A DNA stretch of 51,217 nucleotides, the filler included, from Catajapyx aquilonaris (taxonomy: Eukaryota): NCBI GenBank assembly GCA_000934665.2. It is 3 parts of 3 records of this genome, joined end to end, with 100 filler letters (N's around TTAATTAATTAA, not from the genome) between each part and the next. Parts side by side here need not be neighbours in the genome. Positions count along the whole stretch, not along the records: positions 34,174 to 51,217 come from KZ539634.1; 2 more parts are not named here. One strand, given 5' to 3'. Below the pieces are notes generated by a model. It saw nothing but the letters and a program-made list of their open reading frames with translations. It was not told the DNA's origin and made no database searches. Position 1 is the stretch's first letter; every line of letters begins with the position of its first letter. Both the position numbers and the translations under genes were made by a program. Below, one piece after another: positions 46,660 to 51,217 of the stretch.

Positions 46660-47850
46660 AGGAATTTTGCACCCATTTTGCAACATTTTGTGCCACCGAG
46701 AACGAGTTTTGCACCCCCATAGTTAGTGAGTTATTAAGGAAACAATTTTGCACTCCAAGTTAACGCTGGAGTGCTACTCACTCAAAGTAAGGGTTTCTTT
46801 GGCCTATCAGATTCTCCTCATTTTGCAACATTTTGTACCACCAAGATCGAGTTTTGCACCCCTCTCCTTATGCGAAAAAAATCCACTCAAAGTTTGGCGC
46901 GGGAGCGCGGGCAATTGAAATTGTGATTTTGGATAAAAGGGGTATATATCCCTCCAGGTACACCTTTTTGGTGAACAAACGCTGGAATGTGACTCTACAG
47001 AGACTGCCGAGTTTTGTACCACCAAGAAAGAGTTTTGCACCACCTTCAATTTACCATTTTTGGGGGATTTTAGAGAGGACACCAACTATAGGCGCAACAA
47101 GGTGCTGACCCACGAGAAAGGGTTTTGTATCTCTCCAACTTGCATGACTTTGGGTCAGTTGACTCTGGAATATGACTCTACAGAGTGTGGCGAGTTTTGC
47201 ACTATCAAGAAAGAGTTTTGCACCACATTGGATTTACCACTTTTTGGGGATCTTAGGCAGCACCCCAACTAGGCGCAACCAGGTGCTAACCCACGAGTAA
47301 AAGTTTTGTATCTCTCCGACCTGCATCATTTTGGGTCAATTGATGATGGAATATGACTCTACAGAGTGTGCCGAGTTTTGTACCGTCATGAAAGAGTTTT
47401 GCACCCCCGTAGTTAGTGAGTTATTAAACTGCGCTCCAACTATAGGCGCAACATGGTGCTGACCCACGAGTAAAAGTTTTGTATCTCTCCAACTTGCATC
47501 ATTTTGGGTCAATTGACGATGGAATATGACTCTACAGAGTGTGCCGAGTTTTGTACCACCAAGAAAGAGTTTCGCACCCCTATAGTTAGTGAGTTATTAA
47601 ACTGCACACTAACGATAGGCCATAGGCGCAACCAGGTGCTGACCCACGAGAAAGGGTTTGGTATCTCTCCGACTTGCGTCTTTTGGGGTCAGTTGACGCC
47701 GGAATCTGACTCTACAGAGTGTGCCGAGTTGTGTACCACCAAGAAATAGTTTTGCACCACTTTAAGTTCCCTTCATATGTGAATTTTAGACATCATGCCA
47801 AGTATACTCACTGTGGGGAGTTTCACACCACCAAAAAGAGTTTTGCATCT
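46660..47850 (+). repeat. Tandem array of ~173-183-bp units (left arm of a foldback-like element)
   Basis: The core GACTCTACAGAGTGTGCCGAGTTTTGTACCACCAAGAAAGAGTTTTGCACC recurs at ~46991, 47174, 47355, 47528 and 47708, with degenerate partial units on both sides. Confidence 0.9.
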
Positions 47851-47898
47851 CTATCAAATAACCGCTTGGAGATGAATGACTGAATAAATAAATACATA

Positions 47899-48820
47899 TA
47901 TGGGTGATTCTCCAAAAACTTACAATTTTCAAAGTAAGAATTAATGAATTTCAAAGCTTGTTTTAAAAATCTTGAAAAATTCTCACTTACTCTATATGAG
48001 GTCACAAATCAGGAAAAAATATGGAGAACTAATTCTGATATTCTAATGCCAGGAGAGTGAATATTTCCAGGAGTTCGGGAGCCAGAAGAATGACCTATGC
48101 ATGCAATAGGATTAATATCACGGTCCAGAACAAACGTTGTCTATGTTGATTTCGGTGGGTTCAAGAAGACCCTTCATTCCATGGAATCACAGTTATTTCA
48201 AAACATTTAAGCTATTATGTGACATAGAAAAATGAGCCAGTAGTGTGAACCTTTTATTTCCGGGAGAAAAATGACCTTTGGATGCATTAGGATTAATATC
48301 ACGGTCAAGAACGAACGTTGACTCTGGACATTTCTGTCGGTTCAAGAAGACCCTTCATGCCATGGAATCAGAGTTATTTCAAAATATTTAAGCTATTTTG
48401 TGACATAGAAAAATGAGCCAGGAGTGTGAACTTTTTATTTCCGGGAAAACTCGGGACACACTTTGGAGTGATGCAGCAAGGTCATGTCAAATGAATAAAT
48501 CGTTTTAAAAATGTTGTTTTATACCTGCAACTATGTACAATTTAATTATAGTATTGAAACTTGTCTAATGTTAATAATAAAATTGTAAGAAAATCTAGCA
48601 TGCTTTAAAATGAGATCGGGACATGCCAAGAATAGTGATTTTAGGCCCTTAGACATTTTTTGCAGTAAAACTTAATTTAATATTTTTCTTTGTTTTCATG
48701 GGGATGGCTAGATGTCAACTGCTTCTCCAAATGTTTAAAAAATCAACTCTCTCAGTCGAGCCATTTTTGAGTTATTATGCTGGGACATGCTATTGGTAAG
48801 TTTTTGGAGAATCACCCATA
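47899..48820. mobile_element. TIR non-autonomous element with an internal ~181-bp direct repeat
   Basis: TATGGGTGATTCTCCAAAAACTTAC...GTAAGTTTTTGGAGAATCACCCATA. ~48088-48268 is repeated at ~48269-48445. The TSD is ambiguous (TA, ATAT or TACATA). Confidence 0.75.
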
Positions 48821-48899
48821 TACATAATTATATACATAATGCGTAGTTTTGTACCTCTCAAATTAATTTTAACTTCATTCTCAAGCTGTATACACAAGC

Positions 48900-50720
48900 A
48901 TGTGGCAAGTAATCTTGGATCCTCCCGAACACTCGTCCTTCTTTGTCGTCATAAATCTCTCATTTGTTATTTTGCCTCAGACAGTAGGACCTGTAATGTC
49001 CCAATGTCTCCATTTTTTTGCTTGGACTTTCTAAGAACCCTACTGCACCCCTGAGGCAATAACTGTTCCCGTGGACAGAAAATGACGTGGAATGTCATTC
49101 AGCTTAGCAGAGCTCTGAGCAATCATCCTGTCATTTTCCTCGACCACTTCAATGAACAGGTGACTCTCTGACACCGTTCTTGTAACACGTCTGATTCCGT
49201 CACACATTGGGTGGGAGGACATTTCAGAGTCAAGAAAAACAAAAGGAGAATCTAGATTTGCACCTGGCATGGTCTCTTGGCAGTATATCACGGTTACCTT
49301 TTCCGTGGCCTTCTCCACAATTTGTTGAAGGCCTTCCCAGCCGATCTTTGGCTTTCCGACATATATGACTGCAGAAACATCGCTCCTGATTTTCTTGAGA
49401 CATTCTGGCGATGAACATGTCCTTGTTGTGGACACACTCGGAAAGTTCGGAAGTAATGACATTCTGGACACATGGCATGCAGTGTTAATCATCTGCATCG
49501 ACATTGCCCCTACGGTAACCGCAAACTTTTCTTTTAATAATTCGGTACTCATCAATGGATAGCCGAGACACTTCAGCAGTTTGGCAGTACAAACGCTCAG
49601 AATGGACTTACGCGGAACTCCACAGATGCACCCTAAATTTGTCGTAACAAATATCCTGCAGAAAATCAGTGTATGGAATGGTGTACTTGGCGTTCACAAT
49701 AGCCAGACTGGGATCTTCGTGATCTTCGTTTCATCTCAAGACACTTGGCTGTTCGAAGAACAGTGTCTTTAGGGAGATCACTAGGCTCTTCTGTATGTGT
49801 CACCAACTTCCATGTCATTGTCTGCCTGAAGGCGTCTCACACAACTGGCTGTCATACTTCCCTCTACCATTTTGGCGATTGCATCGGCTCTGTTTGATCC
49901 TTTCAGTTGCCTTTTTTTTTGGGGGGGGGGGGGGACTCTGATGTAAATCCTNTCATTTTGAACATTCCCACCAAACAGCATGGAATGAGCACAGAATTTC
50001 CAGGCCGGGGTTCGCTGGCAATTTTAGGGTTGCCTTTAGGCCTTTAGGGTTGCCCTACACGTAGTGCAGTTCGCTCAGAATCTGGTGTAGTTACAACCTT
50101 GTAACTTTGTTTCTTTCCCACCTCTGCATCTCATCGTGCAGGGCAACTTGGTATGAAGACGAAAGTGCCCGTGCAAGACATTAGTCCAGGTTCTGCGTCT
50201 TAATACCTGGTATCGTCTCTGATATTTCTTCCCTGCATTCCCTGAGGAGTACGAAACTTCTTCCGGGGATATCTTTCCCCACTCATAGGATGTATTCTTT
50301 AAGCACTGTTGTCAGCTGAGGGACGGTCGTCACAAATATCTCAGTCGCTCCCCCATTCGATAGGACTACAACTGCTGTCCACTGATGACGTTGAGGACGA
50401 AGAATTATCAAGCGACATCGACACAGGGAGTTCTTGAACTGTGCCAAAGAATGTAGAATCAGGTTCCTGGGACAGGCCAAGAGTGTTATGGAGATGGTAC
50501 CTGTCCATAGTCGCGTACGCATGCAGGGGGTCACTGAAACTTTGTAGCGATTTCCCTCGATTCAATTGAATTTCTCACAGACTCTGGACCAAACAGGTGA
50601 TGACTTGCCAACAATTTTTTTGTCAGCGACAATAACGTCCCTCTCCTCCAGTACACACAGGTGCAATTGTTCCACTGGAAATGACCGGGACGCCCCATTT
50701 TAGCAGCAGCAGAGAGGGCC
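48900..50720 (-). pseudogene. Decayed, internally deleted NOF-like (MULE/MuDR) transposase gene
   Basis: Ordered remnants across frameshifts and stops: IVGKSSPVWSRVCEKF, ANCTTCRATLK, KKRQLKGSNR..ASCVRRLQADNDMEVGD, PSVLR, FLQDICYDKFRVHLWSS, RLSID. It then jumps to TCSSPEC..GLQQIV..MCDG..HLFIE..LNDIP. The family call is from recalled motif patterns. Confidence 0.65.
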
Positions 50721-50739
50721 TGGGTTTATACAAGATAAT

Positions 50740-51026
50740 AACAGTACGTTGTCAGCGAAGCTGACGTGTATACCCACTCAAGACCACCTTGGGACAGTAC
50801 ATTGTCAGTGAATCTGACGTGTCCACCCACTCAGGACAACCTTGCGACATTACGTTGTCAGCGAAGCTGTACACCCAGTCAGGACCACCTTGGGACAGTA
50901 TACGTTGTCAGGGAAGCTGTACAGTGTACACCCAGTCAAGACCACCTTGGGACAGTATACGATATACGTTGTCAGCGAAGCTGTACAAGCAGTCAAGACC
51001 ACATTGGGACAGTATACGTTGTCAGC
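50740..51026. repeat. ~52-62-bp tandem repeat just upstream of the NOF-like ORF
   Basis: ACGTTGTCAGCGAAGCTG..ACCCA.TCA.GACCACCTTGGGACAGTA occurs about 5 times. Confidence 0.85.
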
Positions 51027-51217
51027 AAAACTCTTTCTTGGTGATACAAAACTCGCCACACTCTGTAGAGTCAGATTCCGGCGTCAATTGACCCAAAAAG
51101 ATGCAAGTTGGAGAGATACAAAACTTTTACTCGTGGGTCAGCACCATGTTGCGCCTATAGTTGGAGCGCAGTTTAATAACTCACTAACTACGGGGGTGCA
51201 AAACTCTTTCATGACGG
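51025..51217 (-). repeat. Inverted copy of the ~180-bp satellite unit (right arm, truncated by the window end)
   Basis: Its reverse complement closely matches ~47383-47580 (CCGTCATGAAAGAGTTTTGCACCCCCGTAGTTAGTGAGTTATTAAACTGCGCTCCAACTATAGGCGCAACATGGTGCTGACCCACGAG). Confidence 0.92.

Noticed and set aside
46660..51026. CRISPR-like appearance of the tandem arrays
   Set aside because: The inter-core sequences are homologous to each other rather than unique spacers, there are no cas genes, and the context is eukaryotic.
1..51217. A functional cluster linking lipases/IR, zinc-finger genes and Dnmt1
   Set aside because: They sit on different scaffolds joined by artificial linkers.

Overview
Arthropod nuclear DNA, probably a non-holometabolous insect. 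Clues are short 50-90 nt GT-AG introns, TTAGG tracts, tRNA-derived SINEs, a divergent ionotropic receptor and a Dnmt1-type exon. The window is not one locus: two identical artificial 100-bp linkers (N44-TTAATTAATTAA-N44) join three ~17-kb pieces. Piece 1 (1-16987) holds the 3' end of a Ty3/gypsy element, a head-to-head inverted duplication of a 9-exon pancreatic-lipase-like gene (one copy intact, one with a nonsense codon), an intronless divergent ionotropic receptor with scattered fragments of it, and RTE/SINE/MITE insertions. Piece 2 (17088-34073) holds two tandem copies of a multi-exon nuclear-protein gene; copy 1 ends in a C2H2 finger and carries a decayed CACTA/EnSpm element and nested MITEs in its last intron. 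Piece 3 (34174-51217) holds a Dnmt1-type CXXC exon that splices in frame to a tandem-repeat first exon with no visible RFTS domain, a deleted Sola1-like element, and a foldback-like element with satellite arms around a NOF/MULE-like ORF remnant. All gene models were derived by eye and no database searches were run.
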